Below are positions 36,258-46,118 of a stretch of DNA of 64,000 nt, piece by piece. The DNA comes from Sumerlaeia bacterium. Lineage in GTDB: Bacteria; Sumerlaeota; Sumerlaeia; SLMS01; JAHLLQ01. The first letter of the stretch is position 1; every line of letters starts with the position of its first letter. The stretch spans positions 1 to 64,000 of the forward strand of contig JAVJSW010000016.1 of assembly GCA_040219255.1 (NCBI GenBank), written 5' to 3'. The position numbers and the translations under genes were made by a program. The notes under the pieces were generated by a model. It was not told where the DNA came from. It worked only from the letters and a program-made list of their open reading frames with translations, and did not search any database.

Positions 36258-38260
36258 TGGGCGTTCGCTCCCGCGGAATGGGTTTGGGGCAGCTCATCGC
36301 TGAGCCGTTGCAGTTCTTCGGCGTAACCGCTCGACAGGATCGGAAAGCGGCACCACGTCTTCGGATCCAGGTTCTCGTCGTCCAGGTGGAATGACGGCGC
36401 GTAGCGCTCGCGCTTCCATTGGTTGCGGCACCACAGACGGAAGAAGCGGCTGACGAAGAAGGCGAGTTGCTCCTCGCCCCCGACGCGCGGCGCCCAGGCG
36501 CTCCGGAGCGTCGCGTACACATCCTCCGGTGCCAGACGGTCGCGAATCGCGCACCGTTCGATGGCGTCGAGCAAATCGTAAGGCATCAAATCGCCCTCGT
36601 CGGTTTGGCGGGCCTCGCCGGGGCGCAATTCCGCCATCGGCGGCAGCTCGAGAACCTCGGCGATTTGCGGCAGGGGGCCCATGCCTTGGGGGCCGACCTC
36701 GGCCATCCAACGCAGCCACCGCCGCAGGTAATACTTATCGATGCCCGCGATGGGGGCCAGGCTGCCGGCCGTATCGCCGTCCATCGTGGCGTAGCCGACG
36801 GCGGCTTCGCTGCGGTTGCTGGTGGTGAGCAGCAGCCCGTTGCGCACGTTCGCCAGCATCCAGATGCCAGGGGCGCGGACACGGGCCTGGATGTTCTGGA
36901 GCGTGATGTCGTCGTGCTCCCAGGTCAGCGGCCGGCCCAGGGTGCCTTCGACCAGTTGGCGATAGCCCTGCACCTGGGCCTCCACATCCCAGACGCTGTG
37001 GCGGGCGCCGAGGGCATCGGCGAGCACCTGGGCCGCGTTGCGCGTGACGGCGCCGCTGTTGGCGGTGGCCTGATAGGCCGTGTCGAGGATGCCGCCACTG
37101 TAGCAATCGGGATCGAGTTTGAGCTGGGGCAGGCGCCGGTCCGCTTCCTCGAAACCGATTTCCGACACCGCCAGCCGAAACCCCATGCCCGCCAGCGTGG
37201 CGCAGGCCGCTGAATCCGCTCCGCCCGAGAGCGACACCACAAAGCCGCCGGCCCGCGACTTCCGGAGGTAGTCGAACAAGCCTAGCGAGACCGCTCGGGC
37301 GAATTCCTCTTCCTTGATGTAGGGCCCATCGCGCCAGTCGCCGAACTTGTCCATCGCCGGCGTCGGAGCCTCGTCCACATCCGGCCAGTCGAAATCCACC
37401 TCGATGGCTTCCGGGCCGGTTTCGACGATACGGAAGCTGGTCTGGCGGGCGCGGCGCATCTTGAGCAAATCGACGTCCACGACCGCGCTGGCGACGTTCA
37501 GTTCGTCAAACGACAGCCGCGTCGTGCGAGCCAGAATATCGCCGCCGTGGGCGATGATGGCTTCGCCGTCATAGATGACGCGGCCCGCTTCGTTGCCCAG
37601 CAGGTTGGCGTACACATAGCTCACGGCGAGGCTGCGCGATCCTTCGCCGACGATGCTGTGGCGGACCTTCCACTTGCCGAGGGCGAAGTGGCTCGCCGAC
37701 GGATTGGCCACGATGTCGCAGCCCGCCTGGGCCAGGCGCATGCCCGGCCGGTCCGGCACCCAGGCGTCCTCGCAGATTTCCGCCCCCACGCGCACACCGC
37801 CGATGTCGAAGATGAGATCGCCAAAGGGCACCTCGCGCCCGGCGACGTCGATCCAGGCCTTCTTACCCGCCTCCCACGCGCGGAAGTAACGCGGTTCGTA
37901 GTGGATGCCGTCGCCCGCCAGGTACTGCTTCGCCACAAAACCCACGACGCGCCCATCGACGATAAAGGCGACGGCGTTGTAGAGCCCCTGATAGAGCCGC
38001 ACCGGCAGGCCCACGGCCACCACCATGCCGCGCGTTTCCTCCGCCAGATCGAGCAGGCTTTCCATCGCATGGCGGCTCGTGCTGATGGCGTGGAAAGCGT
38101 CCTCGCATCCGTAGCCGGAGAGGGCCAACTCCGGCAAAACCAGGAAGCTGACCCCGGCCTCGCGGGCTTCGCCGATGGCGGCGGCGGCCCGCTGGCGGTT
38201 GCCGCCCCAATCGAGCGGCAGTTGGTTGAGCGCTCCCGCGCCGAGTTTGATCCAACGCAT
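36254..38260 (-). CDS. nadE: Glutamine-dependent NAD+ synthetase
   Basis: PELALSGYGCED, EICEDAW nitrilase domain; SLSGGADS, QNIQARVR, TTSNRSEAAVGYATMDGD. Confidence 0.96.
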   Translation of the reverse strand: MRWIKLGAGALNQLPLDWGGNRQRAAAAIGEAREAGVSFLVLPELALSGYGCEDAFHAISTSRHAMESLLDLAEETRGMVVAVGLPVRLYQGLYNAVAFIVDGRVVGFVAKQYLAGDGIHYEPRYFRAWEAGKKAWIDVAGREVPFGDLIFDIGGVRVGAEICEDAWVPDRPGMRLAQAGCDIVANPSASHFALGKWKVRHSIVGEGSRSLAVSYVYANLLGNEAGRVIYDGEAIIAHGGDILARTTRLSFDELNVASAVVDVDLLKMRRARQTSFRIVETGPEAIEVDFDWPDVDEAPTPAMDKFGDWRDGPYIKEEEFARAVSLGLFDYLRKSRAGGFVVSLSGGADSAACATLAGMGFRLAVSEIGFEEADRRLPQLKLDPDCYSGGILDTAYQATANSGAVTRNAAQVLADALGARHSVWDVEAQVQGYRQLVEGTLGRPLTWEHDDITLQNIQARVRAPGIWMLANVRNGLLLTTSNRSEAAVGYATMDGDTAGSLAPIAGIDKYYLRRWLRWMAEVGPQGMGPLPQIAEVLELPPMAELRPGEARQTDEGDLMPYDLLDAIERCAIRDRLAPEDVYATLRSAWAPRVGGEEQLAFFVSRFFRLWCRNQWKRERYAPSFHLDDENLDPKTWCRFPILSSGYAEELQRLSDELPQTHSAGANAQ

Positions 38261-38265
38261 CGTTG

Positions 38266-39747
38266 TTATCCTTTCCGGGCCGTGGCGCGTTCGCGCACGT
38301 TGGCGATCATGGTGGCTTTCGTTTCCGCCAGGGCGGGCGTCAGGCCGGTGAAGTAGGGCTCCGGGGCGTCGAGGCGGCGGTGCGCCTCGGGCAAGCTGGC
38401 CAGTTGCGCTCGGGCGCGGGCGGCGATGGCTTTCACGCAAGAGGTGCGCGCGAGCGGTTCGTTCCCCCGCCAGACCGGTTCCAGCAGAGTCTCCGCCCGC
38501 CACGCCGGGTCGAGCGCAAACCGTTCCCGATGATTTGTCTGACCCACGAGGTACTCGACCGGCGCGAGGGCCGATTCCGTCACATCGCCGATGCCGTCGG
38601 CGCGCATCGTGCCGTCGCCATCGCGCCAGCGCCGGACCTGCTGGATGCCCGGGTTGGTGGTAATGATCTCCGTCGAGCTGAGTTTGAGGCAGCGCCGCCA
38701 GCCCGAGCCGTCGTCGATGGCCGCCAGCTTGTAGACCCCGCCCAGGGCCGCCTGATCGCCGCCCGTGGCGAGGCGCGTTCCGACGCCCCAGACGTCGATG
38801 GGGGCACCGTCGGCGCGCAGGCGGGCGATCTCGTATTCGTCGAGGTCGCTGCTCGCCACGATTTGCGCGTTGGGGAAACCGGCCGCGTCGAGGATGATGC
38901 GGGCCTCTTTGCTCAGCGCCCCCAGGTCTCCCGAGTCGAGCCGCACGCCGGCCAGTTCGTGGCCCCGCTCGCGCAACCGCTCGCCCACCGCGCAGGCTTT
39001 GCGTACGCCCTCCAGTGTGTCGTAGGTATCCACCAGCAGGATGGTGTTGTTGGGCTGGGTTTTGACGTAGGTTTCGAAAGCCTCTTCCTCCGAATCGAAG
39101 GACATGACCCAACTGTGGGCGTGGGTGCCCTTGACCGGCACGCCGAGGAGCTTGCCCGCGAGGGCGTTGCTGGTGGCGTCGCAGCCGCCGATCATCGCGG
39201 CCCGCGCCGCCGAAAGCCCGCCGTCCTGGCCCTGGGCGCGGCGCAGGCCGAACTCCAGGACCTTGCCCCCGGGCCCCGCGGCCTGGCGCACGCGGGCCGC
39301 TTTGGTGGCGATCAGGGTCTGGAAATTGACGATGTTCAGCAGCGGCGTCTCGACGATCTGGGCCAGCCACATCGGCCCCACCACGCGCAGGAGCGGTTCG
39401 TTGGAGAAGACAGGCGTGCCCTCCGACACGGCGTCGATTTCCAGGTCGAGGGGTTCGGTGCGGAGGAATCGGAGGTACTCATCCTCGAAGATTGGGCGGC
39501 CATCACTGCCCGTCACCGACCGCAGATAATCCGTGACGTCGCTGTCGAAGCGCAGCGCCGACAGGAAATCGAGCGCCGAGTCGAGCCCCGCCGCCAGCGC
39601 GTAGGCCCCGCCAAAGGGGGCCCGCCGGAAGAAGAGATGGAAACACGCCCGATGACGCGCCCGGCCCGCTTTCCAATAGCCATAGGACATGGTGAATTGG
39701 TACAGATCGGTGAGAAGCGCCGGGAGAAACGGTTGGGTCATGAGCAT
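38266..39747 (-). CDS. pncB: Nicotinate phosphoribosyltransferase
   Basis: LLTDLYQFTM, EFGLRRAQG, GTHAHSW, LVDTYD, VRLDSGDL, GVYKL. Confidence 0.96.
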   Translation of the reverse strand: MLMTQPFLPALLTDLYQFTMSYGYWKAGRARHRACFHLFFRRAPFGGAYALAAGLDSALDFLSALRFDSDVTDYLRSVTGSDGRPIFEDEYLRFLRTEPLDLEIDAVSEGTPVFSNEPLLRVVGPMWLAQIVETPLLNIVNFQTLIATKAARVRQAAGPGGKVLEFGLRRAQGQDGGLSAARAAMIGGCDATSNALAGKLLGVPVKGTHAHSWVMSFDSEEEAFETYVKTQPNNTILLVDTYDTLEGVRKACAVGERLRERGHELAGVRLDSGDLGALSKEARIILDAAGFPNAQIVASSDLDEYEIARLRADGAPIDVWGVGTRLATGGDQAALGGVYKLAAIDDGSGWRRCLKLSSTEIITTNPGIQQVRRWRDGDGTMRADGIGDVTESALAPVEYLVGQTNHRERFALDPAWRAETLLEPVWRGNEPLARTSCVKAIAARARAQLASLPEAHRRLDAPEPYFTGLTPALAETKATMIANVRERATARKG

Positions 39748-39774
39748 CGGAGTCGTGTCCTTTCCCAAGGTCTA

Positions 39775-39789
39775 TGTGTATTTTACACA
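39775..39789. promoter_or_regulatory. Putative NrtR operator
   Basis: Palindrome TGTGTA-TTT-TACACA containing GT-N7-AC, directly upstream of pncB-nadE-nrtR. Confidence 0.7.
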
Positions 39790-39884
39790 CGAAGAATCGC
39801 GGGTCAAGGGGGAAAGTGATTGCCCTGGGCCAGCTTTAGCTCAGACTCATTCTTTCAGTTCCTCACGCGAAAGCCCTCCTTTCC

Positions 39885-40589
39885 ATGTCCGAGTCCCCTC
39901 CTCCCCCGCCTACGCCCAGTCCCCAGCCAGGGCCGCATCAACACGGCGTACTGTATTACAAGCCACCGACGTCCGGCTGGGCCATCGCGGCCATGACGCT
40001 TGGGTTCACCTCGCTGTTGTGCTCGTTCCTGACGGGAATTCCGGCGCTGATCGCGGGCATCATCGCCCGTGTGCGAATCAACCGTAGCGGCGGGCAATTG
40101 GGAGGCGGCGGCTATGCGTTGACGGGGATTTTACTCGGCATCGGGACGCTGTTTTGCTCCATGGCGCACTTTCTGGCAGCCATCGCTGTACCGAATTTTC
40201 TGGAGGCCCAGGTGCGGGCGAAGGTCTCGCGCACGAGGAGCGAACTCCGTGTGCTGAGTACCGCGCTCGATGCGTACCGGGTGGACGAAAGGCGTTACCC
40301 GCCGGACCTGGATCTTCTCTTGGATTCGGGCTATTACATCACGGCGATGCCGCAGGACCCCTTTAGCGAAATGGCCGACAAGCGCTATGGCTATTGGACG
40401 AATGGCGAGCATGCCATCGTGGCGGGCCAAGGCCCCGACATGCGCCCGGACTTAGTTATGTACGAGTACGGAGAGCTTTATCTCCAGGACATCGCCGACG
40501 GCCAATACGATGCGGATTTCATCGATTCCATCTACGACCCGACGAACGGCACGGTCAGCTACGGCGACATTCTTCGCCCGATTCCTTGA
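39885..40589 (+). CDS. DUF4190 membrane domain fused to a type II/IV pseudopilin-like domain
   Basis: TSGWAIAAMTLG...GGGYALTGILLG, then AAIAVPNFLEAQVRAKVSR...AYRVD..YP...DPF...YDPTNGTVSYGD. Confidence 0.85.
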   Translation: MSESPPPPPTPSPQPGPHQHGVLYYKPPTSGWAIAAMTLGFTSLLCSFLTGIPALIAGIIARVRINRSGGQLGGGGYALTGILLGIGTLFCSMAHFLAAIAVPNFLEAQVRAKVSRTRSELRVLSTALDAYRVDERRYPPDLDLLLDSGYYITAMPQDPFSEMADKRYGYWTNGEHAIVAGQGPDMRPDLVMYEYGELYLQDIADGQYDADFIDSIYDPTNGTVSYGDILRPIP

Positions 40590-40617
40590 ACAACGTTTTC
40601 CCGCAAAGGCTCTTGCC

Positions 40618-41313
40618 ATGAATCCTCCGATGCCTCCCGCGACTCCATCGCCCTACGGCTCCTATCCGCCGCCTTATCCAATGCGCCCGCCGACTTCGAG
40701 TCTGGCCATTTCGTCTTTGATTCTCGGATGCATGGGTTTTCTTTGCTCGATCATTACGGGCCTCCCAGCGTTGATCCTCGGCATCGCGGCGCTCGTGAAG
40801 ATCCGGCGCAGCGAGGGTGCCCTCGGCGGGTCCGGGCTGGCCGTGGCAGGCATTGTTTTGTCGTTCGTTACGGTCGTTCTTTCCATTTTGCCCGTGATGG
40901 TTGCCATCGCGGTGCCCGGTTTCCTCAGAGCCCGGCAGCAATCGCGCTTGCGTGCCAGCGAAATCAACTTGGCCACGCTCGACAGTGCGATTTACGATTA
41001 CCATTTAGATCATGGCGTTTACCCCCAGGAACTTTCGCAACTGGACAACATCAACAATGTCTCGTCCCTATCTATCGATCCGTTCCTTGCGCCGCCGGAC
41101 AACACCTTCGACTACTGGACGAATGGCCAAGTAGCCATCCTCCGCGGCGCCGGTCCGGACGGCGTCCGCAGTTACCCTATGGAAACCATCGCCGAAGCCA
41201 TGATCCTCGATGTCGCCGATGACGCGCCGGACGATGAATGCCTGCGCTATATCTACGACCCCATGAATGGGATTCAGAGTCAGGGGGATTTGTTGTATGT
41301 GAATTGGGAGTAG
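40618..41313 (+). CDS. Paralogous DUF4190-pseudopilin fusion
   Basis: TSSLAISSLILG...GGSGLAVAGI, then AIAVPGFLRARQQSR...YHLDHGVYP...YDPMNGIQSQGD. Confidence 0.85.
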   Translation: MNPPMPPATPSPYGSYPPPYPMRPPTSSLAISSLILGCMGFLCSIITGLPALILGIAALVKIRRSEGALGGSGLAVAGIVLSFVTVVLSILPVMVAIAVPGFLRARQQSRLRASEINLATLDSAIYDYHLDHGVYPQELSQLDNINNVSSLSIDPFLAPPDNTFDYWTNGQVAILRGAGPDGVRSYPMETIAEAMILDVADDAPDDECLRYIYDPMNGIQSQGDLLYVNWE

Positions 41314-41343
41314 GGCCTGCTCTTTTTCACGTACCGAACGGCT

Positions 41344-42663
41344 TCATCTACCTACCTTGCTTCGGCCTCTCAAGAGGCTGGAAATCGCTAGAACCCCAGC
41401 CACCCCCAACGCCATCGGCGCCACCGCCAGCCCCATCAGCAACCCCGCCACCGACCGCCGCCGGGGTTTACTTTCGGGTTCGGGATTCATGACCTCGGGA
41501 CCCGCCGCGGCAGGACCCGGAGCGGCGGCCGCCGGGCGCCGCTCCGGGTTGCGGCACCAGGCCGCCAAGGGCTCGATGGTGCGGTCCCAGGAGTAGCGCT
41601 CGCGCACGAGGCGGCGCGTGTTGTCCGCCCGCCGCTCGCGCTCGTCTCGATCGGTCAGAATCGTTCGGAGCGCCCGCGCCAGACCCTCCCGGTCTCCCGG
41701 CCTGAGCGCCCACCCTGCCTGGGCTTCGGCGATGGCGGGGGCCAGTTCGTCGTAGTCATTATGAAGCACCGGCAGCCCCGCCGCCAGATACTGCACCGTG
41801 CGCGTGGGAAAGGCCAGTTCGCGCTCGGGATTGCGGGGCATCAGATCCAGCGCGGCGCCGAAGCGGGTCAGCTCGCGCGCGTAGTCGTCGAACGCCATCG
41901 GCCCCCGCAACGTCACGCGAGAGTGCGACTTCAGGCGTTCGAGGAGGGCGTCGTGCCGCCCGGCGCTGACATCGCCAGAGGGATGGGCCCCGCCGATGAT
42001 CGTCAAGTGCCCGGCGCCGGCTTCGTCCATGATTTCAAGAGTGGTTTCGATGGCCCAACTCGGGTCTTGCCAGGGCAGGAAGAACCCGCCCAGGACCAGA
42101 TGCGCCCCGTCGCGGTCGTCATTGGGCGGGGCCAAATCCGGGTCCACGGAAAAGGCAATGGCGGGGCACAAGTCGCCGTTGGCCATATCCCAGCCCGCCA
42201 TAGCGAGAAAGCCCAGAAAGTAGCGCCTCTGGTATTCGCCCGAGCACACAACGTGGTCGGCGCGGCGCAGGACGGCGAGTTTTTCCGCCAGATCGCTCTC
42301 TCGATGGCGCGAGCCCCAGAGGCAGCGCTCGAGCAAGTGCGGTCCGGCGAGATCGACGGCGAGGGGCTGGGCGATCTCCGGCAGGTCGCGCCCGAGGCCC
42401 CAGTGCTGCAGGATGACCGTGTCCGGCGCCAAATCGGCGATGAACGCCGCGAGGCCGCTTCGCTCGAAGGTGCGCACGCCTTCGGGCCAAGCCGACCGAT
42501 CCACGCTACGGCCCCGAATGGCGTCGGCGGCGAAGGCCACAGCGACCTCGCCAACGCCGGCGCTCTGCAAACCCCGAAACAGCGCCCACGCCCGCAGTCC
42601 CGCTCCGGTGGCGGGGAGCCCCGGCAAGGGTAGCGGTTCGGTGGTGAGGATCAGGTGGCGCAA
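41344..42663 (-). CDS. Glycosyltransferase (GT-B, family 4-like)
   Basis: TGAGLRAW, ADHVVCSGEYQR, FPTRTVQYLAAGLPV, RYSWD; C-terminal TM. Confidence 0.85.
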   Translation of the reverse strand: MRHLILTTEPLPLPGLPATGAGLRAWALFRGLQSAGVGEVAVAFAADAIRGRSVDRSAWPEGVRTFERSGLAAFIADLAPDTVILQHWGLGRDLPEIAQPLAVDLAGPHLLERCLWGSRHRESDLAEKLAVLRRADHVVCSGEYQRRYFLGFLAMAGWDMANGDLCPAIAFSVDPDLAPPNDDRDGAHLVLGGFFLPWQDPSWAIETTLEIMDEAGAGHLTIIGGAHPSGDVSAGRHDALLERLKSHSRVTLRGPMAFDDYARELTRFGAALDLMPRNPERELAFPTRTVQYLAAGLPVLHNDYDELAPAIAEAQAGWALRPGDREGLARALRTILTDRDERERRADNTRRLVRERYSWDRTIEPLAAWCRNPERRPAAAAPGPAAAGPEVMNPEPESKPRRRSVAGLLMGLAVAPMALGVAGVLAISSLLRGRSKVGR

Positions 42664-42670
42664 GGCGGGG

Positions 42671-43849
42671 TTACTTCAGGCCGGTACGGGCGATGCCCTG
42701 GATGAAGAAGCGCTGCATCAGGAAGAACAGAATCACGATGGGCAGAATCGCCATGGTGGAGGCCGCCATCAGCAGGTGAAACTCCGACCCGGCGTCCTGG
42801 CTGAAAGCCTGGAGGCCCACCATGAGGGTGCGCATCTCGGGGCTGCTGGTCACGATCAACGGCCACAAGAGCGCGTTCCAGTTGCCCAGGAACAGGAAAA
42901 TCCCCGCCGTGATATAGACCGGCTTGGACAAAGGTGTGATGATCTGCCAGAGGAAGCGGAACCGCCCTGCGCCGTCGATCTGGGCGGCATCCCACAAATC
43001 GTCCGGGACGCCCATGAAGAACTGGCGCATCAGGAAAATCGTGAAGACGCTCGCCAGATACGGCACGATCAGCGCGAAATAGGTGTCCAACCAGCCGATC
43101 TTGGCCAGAATCAAGAAGTTGGGAATGAGTAAGACCTGGCCCGGCACCATCATGGTCAGGAGCACGATGTAGAAGAACGCGCCCTTGCCCCAGAAACGCA
43201 TCTTGGCGAAGGCGAAGGCCGCGAGGGCGCTGGTGATGAGCGTTCCGAACGTCGAGACGATCCCGGTGAAGGAAGACACCCAGAAGTACTGGCCAAAGTT
43301 CACGCGGCCGCGGGTCGCTTCCTCGGGCCGGAACCAGGCCACCAGGAAGTTTCGTCCGTCGAGCCGATTGACCGGGTCGCTGGCGAGCATCTCGGGATCG
43401 ACCTGAAACAGGGAGCCTTCCTTCGGCTGGAGCCGCGGACGCGTGATGCCGTCCGTCTCCTCCAGCACAAAGTCCACGTCTTCAACCGGGGCGACGTCCA
43501 CGGTTTCGCCTTGGCGGCGGCGCTGAGACAACACCATCACGGCCTGCTGATCCGCCTCCGGGGCGTTGGCCGGATAGCGGTACTCCATATGCTGGGGCAG
43601 GAAGATAGGGTTGGGCGAGGAGGCCATCTCGGCGTCCTTGAACGACGTGACGACCATCCAGTAAAACGGCAGGAGCATGAACAGGGCACCCGCGACCAGG
43701 GTCTCGTAGAGCAGAAAAGATTTGCACGCGCGGCTGATTTTGATCAGGCGGCCGGTGCGCTCGGGCAGGTAGTAGATGACCGTCACAGCCGCGATAGCCG
43801 CAACATTCAGGAGGAGAAAGAGAAACGCGATGAACTGAAGATCGATCAT
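42671..43849 (-). CDS. Carbohydrate ABC transporter permease (MalG-like), extended
   Basis: LLPFYWMVVTSFK, AAFAFAKMRF, EAA-like DAAQIDGA, WNALLWPLI. Confidence 0.92.
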   Translation of the reverse strand: MIDLQFIAFLFLLLNVAAIAAVTVIYYLPERTGRLIKISRACKSFLLYETLVAGALFMLLPFYWMVVTSFKDAEMASSPNPIFLPQHMEYRYPANAPEADQQAVMVLSQRRRQGETVDVAPVEDVDFVLEETDGITRPRLQPKEGSLFQVDPEMLASDPVNRLDGRNFLVAWFRPEEATRGRVNFGQYFWVSSFTGIVSTFGTLITSALAAFAFAKMRFWGKGAFFYIVLLTMMVPGQVLLIPNFLILAKIGWLDTYFALIVPYLASVFTIFLMRQFFMGVPDDLWDAAQIDGAGRFRFLWQIITPLSKPVYITAGIFLFLGNWNALLWPLIVTSSPEMRTLMVGLQAFSQDAGSEFHLLMAASTMAILPIVILFFLMQRFFIQGIARTGLK

Positions 43850-44850
43850 TGTCCGTACTCGACTTTCTTGCCAAAGACACGGTTCTGAGCGACGGTCAGG
43901 ACCAGGATGATGATCGTCAGGATGTAGGCGATGGCCGAGGCGTAACTGAGTTCCCACTGACCGGTGAAGCCGATCGAGTACATGTAGAACACGATGGGCG
44001 AGGTCGTTCCGTCTGGCCCGCCGTCGGGCGTCATCACCAGCATGGGCACGAAAATCTTGAAGGCGCCGATCATAGAAATGACCAGCAGGAAGAACGTCAC
44101 CGGCGACAGCAGGGGGAAGGTGATGGCCCAGAACTTCTGGAACGGCGTGGCGCCATCGATGTCGGCGGCTTCGTAGTAGGAGTGGTCGATGCTCTGGAGC
44201 CCCGCCAAGAAGATAATCATGAAGTAGCCGATGTCGCGCCAGATGCTGGTGACGATGATGCAGAACATGGCCAGGCTGGGGCCTTCGGGGATGGCGTTCA
44301 GCCCCAGGGCCAAGTCCGGCACGGTGTAGCCGAACATCATTTCGAAGATGCCCTTGGGTTCGGCGAGCCAGGCGAGATCCTGGTAGGAGCCGCCGAGAAT
44401 GTCCTCGGTGATGACCCGGAAGAGCCAGTTGGCCAGTCCCGCCTCGCGGTTGAACAGATAGGTCCACACGATCGAGATGGCGACCCAGGTGGTGACGTAG
44501 GGCAGGAAGAAAGCGGTTCGGAAGAAGGCGCGGCCCTTGATCTTAGAGTTCAGCAGGAGCGCGGCGATCAGCGACAGCGCCAACGTCGGCGGCACGCTGT
44601 AAACCGTGTAGTTGAGCGTGTTCCACAGGGACTGGACAAAGTCCTCGTCCTGGAAGGCGCGGGTGTATTGGCTCAGCCCGACCCAATTGAAATCGCCGAT
44701 GGGGGTCAGGGCGGTGGCGTCGAAGAAGCTGACGATGAGCGCCAAGAGCACCGGCAGGAACCAGAAAATGAGCAGAATCAGGCCCGCGGGCGCCAGATAG
44801 GCGAAGGCCTCGAGCTGATCCCGCATTCGGCGTTTTTGCGCACCCGTCAT
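43846..44850 (-). CDS. Carbohydrate ABC transporter permease (MalF-like)
   Basis: YLAPAG, FRTAFFLPYV, FLAGLQSI..YYEAADIDGA, MTPDGGP. Confidence 0.93.
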   Translation of the reverse strand: MTGAQKRRMRDQLEAFAYLAPAGLILLIFWFLPVLLALIVSFFDATALTPIGDFNWVGLSQYTRAFQDEDFVQSLWNTLNYTVYSVPPTLALSLIAALLLNSKIKGRAFFRTAFFLPYVTTWVAISIVWTYLFNREAGLANWLFRVITEDILGGSYQDLAWLAEPKGIFEMMFGYTVPDLALGLNAIPEGPSLAMFCIIVTSIWRDIGYFMIIFLAGLQSIDHSYYEAADIDGATPFQKFWAITFPLLSPVTFFLLVISMIGAFKIFVPMLVMTPDGGPDGTTSPIVFYMYSIGFTGQWELSYASAIAYILTIIILVLTVAQNRVFGKKVEYGQ

Positions 44851-45182
44851 GAGTCGTTGTCGCGTCGGAAGAAAAATGGGCGAGGAAGGCACCAGCCTCC
44901 CAATCAATCCCCGCAGGACCTAGGGGACAATAAAATGCAGTGGCAAGGAGAGTCTGCCTTGGAGCGGTGGGAACGCCGGTAAAGCGAACGGAATTCTCGA
45001 TTTCCTAACAGTTCCGCTTTGAAACGCCATCGGGCTTTCCCACCCGCCGAAACAGGATTGACAGTCCTTCCCCTTGCCCCAAACCCTGGAGCTGTTGAGG
45101 GAATCGGGACTGGGAGACGAAGGGCGATCGTCTTCCCGTCATTGTCTCGCGAGATTTCGCCCCAACATCGGACGGTGATTTT

Positions 45183-46118
45183 ATGCTCTCTTTCTTCAAG
45201 AAAAAAGCGGAGGTCGAGGAGGAACCCCCATCTGGAAGCCAGCGCTCGTCGGGATCGTCGACCAAAGTGTCCGCCGCGAAGAATCAGAATCGCCTGCGCG
45301 TCGGATACTTCTCCGACCTCACCACACTGCCCCTCACCTATGGCATCGAAAACAACGTCCGCAGCACCTCGAGCGTTCGCAAAGCCAGCGTGGACGAACT
45401 TCGCGGCGGGCTCGAGGAGGGCGAGTACGAGGCCGCTCTGCTGCCCGTGTGGGACTTCGTCAAGACCATCAACAAACTGACGCTGATTCCCGGAACGTGC
45501 GTCTCGCTGCTCGGCACCGCGAACATGTTTCTGCTCTGCAGCAAAGTCCTGCCGACGGAAATCCAACGCGTTCTCGTCGACTACGAATCCTTTGGGGGGC
45601 GCAGCCTCGCCGAGATCGTCTTGCCCAACCAGATGAGCATCCGGCCTGAGTTCACCCGCTCGCCAGTGCCGATCAACCCGCTCACCTATGACTTTCAGTC
45701 CGATCCCCACGACGCCTACCTGATCGCGGGCGAGCACGCCCTGCTCGTCAATCGCGCCTCCTTCGTGTGGGTTTACGACCTGACCAAGGCCTGGCACAAT
45801 TACAACAAGCAAACCTACGTCATGCACGTCTGGTGCGCGCGGCGCGGCGTGAACCTTCGCAAGCTGCCGGACGAACTGACCGCCCTGGCCCGCATGAACG
45901 AAGGCCGCTCGGACGAGTTGGCCGCCAAGGAGGCGGACCGTCTTGGCCTTCCCATGGAAACGATGAAGCTGATCCTCAAGCACGCCCTGCGCGTCGGCCT
46001 GGGGCCACAGGAGCTGACCGGAGTCCGCCATTACGCCAAAGAACTGGCCGCCAACCGGTTGATTTCCGGCACCATCGCTTTCAGCGTGTATCAGCCGAAG
46101 AAGCAGACCGTTGCCTGA
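45183..46118 (+). CDS. MqnA/MqnD-family (Venus flytrap) protein, divergent MqnA-like
   Basis: RVG....PLTYG, L..GE.EAAL, IPG.CV...G, IQRVLVD..S, LIAGE.AL, YDL..AW...YV..VW follows the MqnA scaffold, but active-site motifs are altered. Confidence 0.7.
   Translation: MLSFFKKKAEVEEEPPSGSQRSSGSSTKVSAAKNQNRLRVGYFSDLTTLPLTYGIENNVRSTSSVRKASVDELRGGLEEGEYEAALLPVWDFVKTINKLTLIPGTCVSLLGTANMFLLCSKVLPTEIQRVLVDYESFGGRSLAEIVLPNQMSIRPEFTRSPVPINPLTYDFQSDPHDAYLIAGEHALLVNRASFVWVYDLTKAWHNYNKQTYVMHVWCARRGVNLRKLPDELTALARMNEGRSDELAAKEADRLGLPMETMKLILKHALRVGLGPQELTGVRHYAKELAANRLISGTIAFSVYQPKKQTVA

Noticed and set aside
38261-39370. N-terminal extension of the 1038-aa nadE ORF, suggesting a fusion
   Set aside because: An off-frame overlap with pncB; NadE homology starts at ATG 38260, behind an AAAGGA RBS.
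44851-45182. Structured intergenic region with TTGACA and a hairpin, possible riboswitch
   Set aside because: No riboswitch consensus recognised; it is explained as a divergent promoter region.
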